From: Rhodospirillaceae bacterium
Lineage (GTDB): Bacteria; Pseudomonadota; Alphaproteobacteria; GCA-2746255
Direction: 5' to 3'
Assembly (NCBI GenBank): GCA_002746255.1
Contig: NVWO01000007.1
Coordinates: forward strand, 2,404-66,403
DNA length: 64,000 nt
Part shown: positions 1 to 8,529 of the stretch, piece after piece
Position numbering within the stretch: the stretch's first letter is position 1
Layout: each line of letters begins with the position of its first letter
Notes under the pieces: model-generated
Told to the model about the DNA's origin: nothing
The model's input: the letters and a program-made list of their open reading frames with translations, nothing else
Databases searched by the model: none
Made by a program: the position numbers and the translations under genes

Positions 1-3000
1 ATTCGCACTTGGTGCGAGGCGGATGACCCGCATCACCTGCTCGCGTCCGTCCTTCTCAAGCCGGAGCAGATCGTTCTTCCGGACCCGCATGATCGGGCGC
101 GCATCGGGGTGGTCGCGTTTCCATGGGGGCGTCCAGTCCTTCCGGTTTGCATCGAACCGCGTCACGCCATAGCCGCGCCACTTCCCGTCCGGCGTTTCGA
201 TGATATCGATACAATAGTTCTCGCCGGGGATGACGGCCTTGTATTCTCCATTCTTCCCGTGGCGGATGACCTTGTAGTCCGCCTCGACCTTATGGACGCG
301 CACACGGTGTGTACCGGTTTCCTTGACGCAGCGTTCGAGTTCGGCCTGAAGCTCCTTTTTTTCAAGTCCTTTGGTGCGTTCCATCAATGTCTTGCGGATC
401 CCAAGATCGCCGATGCGCTTGACTTCCGCCGCCGTGAGCGAAGTCACGGGCTTGCGGGTTGCGAGCCGCGGTTCCCCCGTTAGAGGATCCCGAACGATCC
501 CGTAGGCCGTTTCCTCATGCAGCGCGCCTTCTACGCCGTGGTCCGGTTTGTGGGAAATGGTGATGCGGTTGATGGAGGTCCGGACATCTTCGCGGAAATT
601 CCGCCATGGCTCCTTCAGCCCTGCCAGCAGGCGTCTGTCGAAATTTTCTTCCGCACGTGCCGCTTCCGTGGCGACGCGTTGCAGCAGGCCACGGTCGGTC
701 AGCGCCACGACGATGGCATCGATGGCATGGTGGCGGTGGTCGTTGCGGTTCTTTGCCGGGTCCGCCGCCTCTTCCAGATTGTGACCCGCGAGCACCGAAT
801 TAAGCCCCCAGGTCCAGCGCAGATCGGCTGTCAACCGGCCCGGCGTCACCCAGACATCCGCGCCCGTGCGTAGAAGGTAGGTCTTGGCCAGGAGGGAGAG
901 GTAGCGCGTCTCGTTAAGCTGGCGGGCGAGGAAGTCCCGCTCTTCGTTGTCATAGCGCGCCATGGCGTCCGGCCCAAAGCGCCAGCTTTTGTTATTTGGT
1001 AGATTGGCGGCCCGCGCCTTTATTGCTGGCCAGTCGAAACCTTCTGGCGAGGAAGCAAAGGCTTCATAAGGTGTTTTCTGCCCCTTGACGCGATTGGCGA
1101 TGCGCATCGAGACGGTTTTGTTGCCGATGCCATCGTCAAGGGTGCGCGAGAACGGCAAAATGTGATCGATCTCCACTTCATCGGTGAACAGCCGCTCGAT
1201 GCCGATCTGTTCGCCGGTATAGGGGCAACGCCGGGTGAGCGGATTAGCCGGGTTTAGCTCCTCCCAAAGACGCAGGCGCAGGCGGTTTTCGTAAGTATCG
1301 GATAGTTTCTGTTCTTCAAGGATGGCGCGGCGCTTGTCGTTGGCATCCTGGTTGTCCCTTTGCTGTCGTTCGAGTTCCGATTTACCCTTGGCGGACAGCG
1401 GCAGATTGCGGGCGAGTTCGACCACGATTTCGGTCGGGCGGCCATAACGTTTTATCAACGCTTTTATCAACGTATTGATGACACGCCGAAGCTGGTTGAG
1501 CGCGACATGCACGGTCGGGTTGGCGATCTTGCCGACGCGCTTTTCAGGCAAGTCGGCGGGCTCGCCCGTGCCGAACGCGACATGACGTTCCAACACCTCG
1601 CCGTAATAGGGCAGCGCGTCGAACACCTCGCCGTCGAAATCAAGGTCGTCATAGCCCGCCGCCTCCTTGGCGGCGTCATAGGTAATCACGGCGCGTTCCA
1701 GTTCGGCCAGAACCCGGCGCGTGGCGGTGCGGCCCAGTCGCCCATGTCCGGCCGGCAAGGGCGCGTTGGCGACCTTCTCGGCGGCTTCGGCGGAAAGGCT
1801 ATGTTCGGCCATAAGCCAGTCAACGAGTGTTTTTTCGTTTTCCTCTTCGAGCAGACGCTTGACGATCTCTTCCTGGGCCTCGGCCGGAATTTTTCGCCAC
1901 CCCGGTCCCCAGCGATTATTGTTGGCGAGGACGGCGGCGGTCTTGTCGCCGTCGAGATGCTTGCGGCGTTCGCTTTCCAGATTGAAACGCGCCTCGTCCG
2001 GCAGTTTCAAGAGCTTGCGCGCCTTCTGAAATTCAAGCTTCTGATGTGCGAGGGCCCATGCGACAAGAGAATCACGTTCCTCCAGGGTCAGGTTGCGCTC
2101 AGCCTCGCCGGGCAGCCGCACGTTCAGATGATTAACCTCCTGATAGATACGGATGCGCTGGACCGAGGGCAGGGCATGCGGCGCGCGTTTCTCGGAAGGA
2201 TCAAGCGAACATTTGCCGACCGGCTGGGATTTTAACTTCCGCTGAAAGAGAAGGGTGTTGCGAAGCGCATCCCGCGCGGCATCGGACAGCGCCGCGTCAT
2301 GAAATTTTTTCTGCGCTTTCCACAACGTGTCAAACTCTTGCGCGATCATGTCACGGGTGGGGTAAAAGTCGTAAAATGCCTTGGCGCCGGAACCCTGAAG
2401 CCGCGCCCGAACCGGGTGTTCCTGTGCGGCTTCGTGAGCAGCTTTGCGAGCGGCTTTGCGAGTTTCGAAATCTTTCGGATTTTTAACGCGCGGTTTGGCG
2501 AGATATTCGCCAAGGGTTCGCGCGCCCGCGTTTTTCATTACCGTTTTTACGTTTTCCGCCGCAGATTTGATCTTGCCCTTTTCATCCTCGGCGCCCTTGT
2601 CTGTCTTGCGGTTCGACTTGAAGCCTCGGCGTTGCTGAAGGTGGAACAGCGCCCGGCCGAGTTCGTGGAGGGAAAGTTTCTCGTCAAGGCCGCGTACACG
2701 CAAGTACCAGGGGTCGAACTTTTCGAGCCGCTTTCGTTCAGCCGGGTCCTTCGGCATCAGGCCGTGTTCGATCAGGCGCTCCATGAATTCAGAGCGCCGC
2801 TTGAGATAACGGTCACGCCGCCTGCGTTGCTGGCGGGGCAGCCGACGCATGACGGCGAGCGACTGCTTGTCTTTTGGATTGCGCCCGTCCGAAAAGATGC
2901 GCACGCCCGATGCGATCAAACCGGTTGGCCGGCCTTGACCGTCTAGTTTAAGCGCCGCCCAGCCGAGTGAATTCGTCCCCAGATCCAGTCCCAAACGCCA

Positions 3001-3006
3001 TGCCAT
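1..3006 (-). CDS. cas9: Cas9 endonuclease, type II-C-like, C-terminally truncated by the window edge (1002 codons in window)
   Basis: Reverse-complement translation from the ATG at 3006 (RBS GAGGGAGGA upstream) reads MAWRLGLDLGTNSLGWA (RuvC-I), RRLPRQQRRRRDRYLKRR (bridge helix), IVVELARNL (RuvC-II), EIDHILPFSRTLDDGIGNKTVSMRIANRVKG (HNH), DHRHHAIDAIVVA (RuvC-III). The frame stays open to position 1. The plus-strand track ORFs here are G/R/L-rich antisense artefacts. Confidence 0.85.
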   Translation of the reverse strand, partial: MAWRLGLDLGTNSLGWAALKLDGQGRPTGLIASGVRIFSDGRNPKDKQSLAVMRRLPRQQRRRRDRYLKRRSEFMERLIEHGLMPKDPAERKRLEKFDPWYLRVRGLDEKLSLHELGRALFHLQQRRGFKSNRKTDKGAEDEKGKIKSAAENVKTVMKNAGARTLGEYLAKPRVKNPKDFETRKAARKAAHEAAQEHPVRARLQGSGAKAFYDFYPTRDMIAQEFDTLWKAQKKFHDAALSDAARDALRNTLLFQRKLKSQPVGKCSLDPSEKRAPHALPSVQRIRIYQEVNHLNVRLPGEAERNLTLEERDSLVAWALAHQKLEFQKARKLLKLPDEARFNLESERRKHLDGDKTAAVLANNNRWGPGWRKIPAEAQEEIVKRLLEEENEKTLVDWLMAEHSLSAEAAEKVANAPLPAGHGRLGRTATRRVLAELERAVITYDAAKEAAGYDDLDFDGEVFDALPYYGEVLERHVAFGTGEPADLPEKRVGKIANPTVHVALNQLRRVINTLIKALIKRYGRPTEIVVELARNLPLSAKGKSELERQQRDNQDANDKRRAILEEQKLSDTYENRLRLRLWEELNPANPLTRRCPYTGEQIGIERLFTDEVEIDHILPFSRTLDDGIGNKTVSMRIANRVKGQKTPYEAFASSPEGFDWPAIKARAANLPNNKSWRFGPDAMARYDNEERDFLARQLNETRYLSLLAKTYLLRTGADVWVTPGRLTADLRWTWGLNSVLAGHNLEEAADPAKNRNDHRHHAIDAIVVALTDRGLLQRVATEAARAEENFDRRLLAGLKEPWRNFREDVRTSINRITISHKPDHGVEGALHEETAYGIVRDPLTGEPRLATRKPVTSLTAAEVKRIGDLGIRKTLMERTKGLEKKELQAELERCVKETGTHRVRVHKVEADYKVIRHGKNGEYKAVIPGENYCIDIIETPDGKWRGYGVTRFDANRKDWTPPWKRDHPDARPIMRVRKNDLLRLEKDGREQVMRVIRLAPSAN

Positions 3007-3084
3007 GACTTTCCTCCCTCTCAAGCCGCAACCAGTGGTTGATTAAACCCCTTGCGCGAATGCGGGTAAAGGTGGTTAAATCAG

Positions 3085-3180
3085 GGACTGGTTTAGCTGA
3101 CTAGGAAACGAGGTCTTTCCGTTAACAAGATGAAAGATTCACAAAATAGGCGGTCCTTCGGGGCCGCCTTTCTTTTTTCG
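3085..3180 (+). ncRNA. candidate small RNA (possible tracrRNA) transcribed divergently from cas9, ending at a strong intrinsic terminator
   Basis: No plus-strand CDS precedes the terminator at 3149-3180. Weak TTGCGC / 18 nt / TTAAAT promoter-like elements near 3048-3080. No CRISPR repeat is available in the window to test anti-repeat complementarity. Confidence 0.2.
3149..3180. terminator. Rho-independent terminator: 8-bp GC stem with UUCG tetraloop (GGCGGTCC-TTCG-GGGCCGCC) followed by TTTCTTTTTT on the plus strand; also lies 20 nt past the stop of the minus-strand gene 3201-3908
   Basis: Read directly from the sequence. The T-tract is stronger on the plus strand (TTTCTTTTTTCGGGTTTT) than on the minus strand (TATTTTGTG). 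Confidence 0.7.
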
Positions 3181-3200
3181 GGTTTTCCTGTTTCCGGTGT

Positions 3201-3908
3201 CTAATGCCGAAGGAAGGTAACGATGGTGCCGCGTTTCGACGGGAAGCGGGCCTTCAGGATCACCCCGTCTTCGCCATACCAGAGGTCGGTACGCACGGGT
3301 TTGCCCTTGCGCATCTGGATGAGCGCGAAGGCCTTGGCCTGATGCGTCTGTCCCCGGATGGTGATGGCGGCTTGGCCCATATCCTCGGTGCGAATGGCCT
3401 TCATGCGCCCCTTTAGGGGGCTGAAAAGCTGGGCATGCCTCAGGGTTTCCTTGCACCAGATAACTTGAGAAAACAGCGGCGTTTCAATCTCTGAAAGGCT
3501 GCCATTCCGGTTCACCTTCAAACTCTGTCCGTTCGGTCCATGACTGTTCGGTTTGATGCGAATGGCGACTTCGCGGCGGTTGTCGACGGTTTTTCCATCA
3601 AAGCTCTGAAAAACATCCGTCTCCCAGATTTCTTCGGATTGATGGCGGTAATTCAGCAGCGGGATCAGATAAAGAAGCGTGACCTTCACCTTGATGAGGG
3701 TCGAAACTTTCGTGCGCGTGCCCTCGCGTTCGAAGTCGATCCATGCGCCGCCGATGGGGGTATTGTCGTTCAGGATGTCATAAGAAAACTTGCCTTGGGG
3801 AAGCGAACAGGCATCCGCCGACCTTGCGGCAAGAAAAACAAAGGCCAGAAAGAAAAACAAAACCTTGCTTGCGCGCACCGGATTTTTGCCTCCGACCATG
3901 CATCCCAA
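3201..3908 (-). CDS. exported protein of unknown function (N-terminal signal peptide)
   Basis: Track ORF, 235 aa, with hydrophobic N-terminus KVLFFFLAFVFLAARSADAC. Lies on the same strand directly downstream of modA. Confidence 0.55.
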   Translation of the reverse strand: MGCMVGGKNPVRASKVLFFFLAFVFLAARSADACSLPQGKFSYDILNDNTPIGGAWIDFEREGTRTKVSTLIKVKVTLLYLIPLLNYRHQSEEIWETDVFQSFDGKTVDNRREVAIRIKPNSHGPNGQSLKVNRNGSLSEIETPLFSQVIWCKETLRHAQLFSPLKGRMKAIRTEDMGQAAITIRGQTHQAKAFALIQMRKGKPVRTDLWYGEDGVILKARFPSKRGTIVTFLRH

Positions 3909-3940
3909 GGGGTCAGTATAGCGGCGCGCGCACGTCCGGC

Positions 3941-4720
3941 CTAGCTCGGGTGAAAGCCAAAACGTTTAAAGATTTTCTCGACTTCCGGCTCGCGCAGAAA
4001 GTGGTAGAAATTCGTCACCGCCGGTTCTGTGCGTGTGCCAATGGGAACAAGGTGGTAACGGATGGGCGCATGGGTCGTTGCCGGGATGACGGCGATCACT
4101 TTCACCCGGTCGCTGATCAGCGCGTCCGTCGCATAGACGATGCCGGCATCCGCCTGGCCGCGTTCGACCAGGGTAAGGGCTTCGCGCACGTCGCTTGCGA
4201 AAAGAAAGTTGGGCGTCAACGCTTCCCACAGTTCAAGCTGCGAAAGCGCCTCGCGGGCATAGCTTCCGGCGGGCACGTTGTCCGGCTCGCCGATGGTGAT
4301 CGTCCGGTCTTTCAGGTTCTTCGTGATGTGGAGGCCAAGCGGAATGCCGAGCTGAATGGAACTGTTCTTGCGGGTGATGAAAACCAGCCCGTTGCCACGT
4401 ATTTCCGAGGTTTTGCCGGTGGGCGTGATGCCGTAAGCGGCAAGAGCCTCTTTCCACTCCGGCCGGTCCGTAATCAGAAGATCAACCGGCGCACCTTTTG
4501 AAACCCGCTTCTCAAGCTCGGCACTGGAGGCAAAGGTGACCAGCACCGCCCCCAAACCCTTTGCAGCAAAACGCTCGGAAACGACTTGCAGCACGTTGGT
4601 AAGGCTTGTGGGCGCGTAAACGGTAACCGGCGTTATCACTCTTTCTGGTGCTTCCGCGAGAAGCGTGCCGGGAATGCACAGCACCACGAGTGCAAAAACG
4701 CAAAAGATGCCCTTTTGCAT
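3941..4720 (-). CDS. modA: molybdate ABC transporter periplasmic substrate-binding protein ModA
   Basis: VTVYAPTSLTNVLQ, GEPDNVPAGSYAREAL and VERGQADAGIVYATDA align with ModA. Start taken at internal Met MQKGIFCVFALVVL (signal peptide) immediately after the hisI stop; the track ORF extends to 4768. Confidence 0.8.
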   Translation of the reverse strand: MQKGIFCVFALVVLCIPGTLLAEAPERVITPVTVYAPTSLTNVLQVVSERFAAKGLGAVLVTFASSAELEKRVSKGAPVDLLITDRPEWKEALAAYGITPTGKTSEIRGNGLVFITRKNSSIQLGIPLGLHITKNLKDRTITIGEPDNVPAGSYAREALSQLELWEALTPNFLFASDVREALTLVERGQADAGIVYATDALISDRVKVIAVIPATTHAPIRYHLVPIGTRTEPAVTNFYHFLREPEVEKIFKRFGFHPS

Positions 4721-4721
4721 T

Positions 4722-5129
4722 CTAGCTTTTGTAAAGGTTCTTCGGATCGACAAGGACATCTTCCACATTTTCGAGTTTTCCCCCGCGCACCGCGCGGAAA
4801 AAACAACTTTGCCTGCCGGTATGGCAGGCCACCCCTTTTTGTTCGACGGTTACAAGCACCGTATCGCCGTCGCAATCCAGACGAAAGTCGATCAGCGTCT
4901 GGGTTTGCCCGGATGACTCGCCCTTTCGCCACAATTGCTTGCGGGATCGCGACCAATAATGGACCTGGCCGGTCGCAAGGGTCTTTTTGATCGCTTCGCG
5001 GTTCATCCACGCCATCATCAGAACCTCGCCCGTGCCGTCTTGTTGGGCGATTGCCGGGACAAGACCGTTTTGATCGAAAAGGACGGTTTCCAGAATTTCT
5101 GGCAAAGCATCGTCCCATGCGCTTGGCAT
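4722..5129 (-). CDS. hisI: phosphoribosyl-AMP cyclohydrolase HisI
   Basis: MPSAWDDALPEILETVLFDQNGLVPAIAQQ...CHTGRQSCFF carries the conserved Zn-ligand cysteines. Start at internal Met preceded by AGGAGA; the track ORF extends to 5225. Confidence 0.8.
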   Translation of the reverse strand: MPSAWDDALPEILETVLFDQNGLVPAIAQQDGTGEVLMMAWMNREAIKKTLATGQVHYWSRSRKQLWRKGESSGQTQTLIDFRLDCDGDTVLVTVEQKGVACHTGRQSCFFRAVRGGKLENVEDVLVDPKNLYKS

Positions 5130-5197
5130 CGGTGTTCTCCTAGGCGGCGTTTGTTCGTTCTGTCTTCTTGAGGGATGCGCTAAAGGGGCGCGCCCTG

Positions 5198-6175
5198 TCA
5201 ACCGTCCCGCGCGGGCATCAGGCAATTTTGCAGCGACGTGGCGTTTGTTTGCATCATCTGGAAGTAAAGGTCTGGGCTTGGTGTCAGACCACTTCCCAGC
5301 GGGTCCAGCGGCGCGGTGGAAATATCCGATCCCTCACGCAAGCGCGCAAGGATAGGCGCGGTGAATTGAGGTTCGTGGAAAAGGCAGCGAAAGGCGTTTT
5401 CGGTGATTTTCCTGCGAAGTGCCACGATCCGGCGTGGGCCGGCCCGGCGTTCGGGATCAATGGCGACGGCTTGCGACGGGCCGAGGTCATAACGCCCTTC
5501 AAGATAGGCATAGGAATCGTGAAAAACGAGGTACGGGATGCCGGCGAGGGGGGCAAGCTTTCGCCGTATTTCCAGGTCCAGGGCGCGCAGCCTTGCGATT
5601 GTCCTGTCGCGATTTTGCCGATAGATGGCCGTCCGTTCCGGGTTCGCTTCACCAAGCTGTTCGGCGACGATTGCCACAATCCGGATTGCGTTTTCCGGGT
5701 CGAGCCAGAAATGGGGGTCCAATTGGTAATTTGCGTCCGGATTGTGAGATTCGCTGTCGGTATCCCGATGCAGATGCCTCGCCTCACGGCGGAATATGCC
5801 CGGTGCGTGCAGAAGGGCTATGATTTTGGCCCCAGATTTTTCCGACAGACGCTTTAAGGGCGTTTCCAGAAAATTCTCCAGTTCCGGCCCGACCCAGAAG
5901 ACAAGATCTGCCTCTGCGAGGTGCCTGGCGGTCGATGGGCGTAGCATCGCGCGGTGAGGGGAGGTGCCGCCGGGGCTGAGAAGAGCCGGTTTTCCGATCC
6001 CCTCCATGACGGCGGCGACAAGGGAATGCAGGGGGGGGATGCTGACGGCCACAGCGGGTGGTGCGACCACGGCGGGTGGCGCAGTCACAGCGGGCGGTGT
6101 GGCTTTGACCGGTTGGATGGCTAGGCCAAAAACGACCAAAACAGAAAGAACATTAAAGACTTTTAATAACGGCAT
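5198..6175 (-). CDS. znuA: zinc ABC transporter substrate-binding protein ZnuA with His-rich loop
   Basis: Signal peptide, ZnuA/TroA fold motifs, His/Asp/Glu-rich loop HLHRDTDSESHNPD. Divergent from zur-znuCB across a Zur box. Confidence 0.85.
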   Translation of the reverse strand: MPLLKVFNVLSVLVVFGLAIQPVKATPPAVTAPPAVVAPPAVAVSIPPLHSLVAAVMEGIGKPALLSPGGTSPHRAMLRPSTARHLAEADLVFWVGPELENFLETPLKRLSEKSGAKIIALLHAPGIFRREARHLHRDTDSESHNPDANYQLDPHFWLDPENAIRIVAIVAEQLGEANPERTAIYRQNRDRTIARLRALDLEIRRKLAPLAGIPYLVFHDSYAYLEGRYDLGPSQAVAIDPERRAGPRRIVALRRKITENAFRCLFHEPQFTAPILARLREGSDISTAPLDPLGSGLTPSPDLYFQMMQTNATSLQNCLMPARDG

Positions 6176-6247
6176 GAAATATAGTTACTTTTTCGTCTTT
6201 AAAGGCGCGTCTGTACGACGTCCTTCGCCTTGTTTCTATAGAAGGTA

Positions 6248-6262
6248 TGTTATAGCATAACA
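6248..6262. promoter_or_regulatory. candidate Zur box (palindrome TGTTAT-AGC-ATAACA) in the znuA / zur-znuC divergent promoter region
   Basis: Perfect 6-bp inverted half-sites seen in sequence. Resembles the alphaproteobacterial Zur operator (GTAATGTTATAACATTAC type), recalled from memory. Confidence 0.5.
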
Positions 6263-6294
6263 GGCATCTATTCCCTGAAAAATATAGATTTTTT

Positions 6295-7683
6295 ATGCGA
6301 GAAGCGATGAAGTCGATGTCCGGTCAAGAAACGCGGCCAAAAGCTCCACCGCCCGACGATGGGCACGATCATCGCCGCTGTATGACAGAGGCGATGACGG
6401 TGGCGGCGGACCTTTGCCAGCAGCGCGGTGTGCGTTTTACACCGCTTCGCCGTCAGATTCTTGAACTGATCTGGGACAGCCATATGCCCCTTGGGGCTTA
6501 TGCCATTCTTGACCGCCTCCAGGAGGCGGGCAAGTCCGTCCGGCCGCCGACGGTTTACCGCGCCCTCGATTTTCTGAGAGAGCAGGGGCTAATCCACCGG
6601 ATTGAATCCCGGAACGCCTATCTCGGCTGCGTCGATCCGTCGCGGCCCCACCCAAGCCAGCATTTGATTTGCGAAGATTGTGGGAAGGTTACGGAACTGG
6701 ACAATCGGGCGGTCGAAACGACTTTGGCAGCCGGGGCCAGGGCGAAAGATTTTCAACTGGTTGGTGCCACAATTGAGGTCCATGGGTTTTGCCGCGATTG
6801 CCGCCATGAGGTATCGCCGGAGGCGTTGAAAATGCCGCCGGAGGCACCACCACCACAGCCATCGCAGAACCTGTCCGGCACCGGGCAGGATTTGAAGCAG
6901 GGCCCCGTGCTGATCTCGGCAAAGGGGCTGACGCTTCGCCATGGCGGGCTTTTGGTGTTGGATCGCGTCGATCTTGCCGTCCATAAAGGCGAGATTGTGA
7001 CGATCATTGGCCCGAACGGCTCCGGCAAGACAACCCTCGTCCGGGTCCTTCTCGGTCTTATCGACCCCGAGGCGGGCAAAATCAAAAAGGCCAACGGCCT
7101 CCGCATCGGCTACGTGCCCCAGACTTTTGTGGTGGACCCGAACCTGCCCCTTACCGTCCGACGGTTTTTGGCGATGGCGGGGAGGGGGGCGGCGGATGTC
7201 CGCGAGATGCTTGCCGTCGTCGGCGCCGGGGATATCTTGACCCACCCTATTCAAAGCCTTTCCGGTGGCGAGCTTCGCCGGGTTCTGTTGGCGCGCGCCC
7301 TTCTCAGAAGGCCGAATTTGCTTGTCCTTGACGAACCGGTTCAGGGCGTCGATATGCCGGGCCAGTCGGAACTCTACCGGTTGATCGGCGATATCCGCCG
7401 CAAGCAGGGTTGTGCCGTGCTGATGATTTCCCATGATCTGCACCTGGTGATGGCGGCGACGGACGAGGTTATCTGTCTGAACCGCCACGTTTGCTGTGCC
7501 GGCCATCCAGAAGCCGTCAGCCGGCATCCGGAATATCTGGCCCTGTTTGGCGAAGTGGCCGATGAGACGCGTTTTGCCGTCTACACCCATCACCACGATC
7601 ACGTCCACGACGAGGCCGGAAATGTTTTACCGGCCTCCGATGTGCCACCTACCGGGGGGCCGACCCCCGGACCGGAGGTCTAA
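6295..7683 (+). CDS. znuC: single 462-aa ORF: Fur-family zinc uptake regulator Zur (aa 1-172) fused in frame through a Pro-rich linker to zinc ABC transporter ATPase ZnuC (aa about 200-462)
   Basis: Zur part: winged-helix segment plus CEDCGKV and CRDCRHE CxxC pairs. No stop codon follows it. Linker VSPEALKMPPEAPPPQPSQ. ZnuC part: Walker A GPNGSGKTT, signature LSGGELRRV, Walker B LLVLDEP, H-loop ISHDLH, His-rich tail. Internal ATG at about 6832 is preceded by GGAGG. Confidence 0.75.
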   Translation: MREAMKSMSGQETRPKAPPPDDGHDHRRCMTEAMTVAADLCQQRGVRFTPLRRQILELIWDSHMPLGAYAILDRLQEAGKSVRPPTVYRALDFLREQGLIHRIESRNAYLGCVDPSRPHPSQHLICEDCGKVTELDNRAVETTLAAGARAKDFQLVGATIEVHGFCRDCRHEVSPEALKMPPEAPPPQPSQNLSGTGQDLKQGPVLISAKGLTLRHGGLLVLDRVDLAVHKGEIVTIIGPNGSGKTTLVRVLLGLIDPEAGKIKKANGLRIGYVPQTFVVDPNLPLTVRRFLAMAGRGAADVREMLAVVGAGDILTHPIQSLSGGELRRVLLARALLRRPNLLVLDEPVQGVDMPGQSELYRLIGDIRRKQGCAVLMISHDLHLVMAATDEVICLNRHVCCAGHPEAVSRHPEYLALFGEVADETRFAVYTHHHDHVHDEAGNVLPASDVPPTGGPTPGPEV

Positions 7684-7686
7684 GCC

Positions 7687-8529
7687 ATGGATGATCTTTT
7701 GCTGCGCGCGATTTTGGCTGGCATTGGCGTTGCCATTGTCGCCGGCCCCCTGGGCGTGTTCGTGGTCTGGCGGCGGATGGCCTATTTTGGCGACACCATG
7801 GCCCATTCTGCCTTTCTTGGTGTGGCACTTGGCTTCTTGCTGCATCTCGACGCGTTGATTGGTATTTTTGCGGTGGCCGTTGCCATTGCCCTGGCGCTTG
7901 CGTTTGCCGAGCGGCAAAAGCGACTGGCTACCGACACGCTGCTTGGGATTTTTGCCCATGGGGCGCTTGCCTTCGGGCTGGTCGGGCTGGCCTTTCTCGA
8001 AGGCCTGCGTGTGGATCTGATGGGCTATCTCTTTGGCGATATCCTCGCCGTTGGTGATGTGGATCTTCTCTGGATCTATGGCGGCGGCTTCACGGCCCTT
8101 GCCCTCCTTGTGGCGATCTGGCGGCCGCTCCTTGCCATGACGATCCACGAAGAACTTGCCCGGGTCGAGGGCGTGCCGGTGCGCCGGGTGCAGATTTGTT
8201 TCATGATGCTGATTGCGTTGGTGATTGTCGTTGCGATCAAGATCGTGGGCATCCTTTTGATTACGTCGATGCTGATTATTCCGGCGGCGACGGCGCGGCG
8301 CTTTGTCCGTAACCCTGAGGCAATGGCTGTGCTTGCCGCCTTTCTTGGCGTCGCGGCCGTCATTGGCGGGGTCTGGGGCTCGTTCACTTGGGACACGCCG
8401 TCCGGCCCATCAATCGCCGCCACGGCCTTCCTGATCTTTGCGGCAAGCCTGCTTGTGCCGGTTGGTGCCTTGGGTTATATGGCGGGGCGAAAGAAGGAAC
8501 CCGTCGCCCATGCGCAGTCCCATCTTTAA
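7687..8529 (+). CDS. znuB: zinc ABC transporter permease ZnuB
   Basis: 280 aa, polytopic, ABC-3 family permease, directly after znuC. Confidence 0.85.
   Translation: MDDLLLRAILAGIGVAIVAGPLGVFVVWRRMAYFGDTMAHSAFLGVALGFLLHLDALIGIFAVAVAIALALAFAERQKRLATDTLLGIFAHGALAFGLVGLAFLEGLRVDLMGYLFGDILAVGDVDLLWIYGGGFTALALLVAIWRPLLAMTIHEELARVEGVPVRRVQICFMMLIALVIVVAIKIVGILLITSMLIIPAATARRFVRNPEAMAVLAAFLGVAAVIGGVWGSFTWDTPSGPSIAATAFLIFAASLLVPVGALGYMAGRKKEPVAHAQSHL

Noticed and set aside
109-2946. Plus-strand track ORFs 109-483, 517-873, 1360-2235, 1721-2029 and 2299-2946
   Set aside because: G/R/L/F-rich low-complexity translations with no recognisable motifs. They lie antisense to the continuous Cas9 frame and are typical high-GC shadow ORFs.
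6589-7608. 339-aa minus-strand ORF
   Set aside because: Antisense to znuC, which has unambiguous ABC ATPase motifs.
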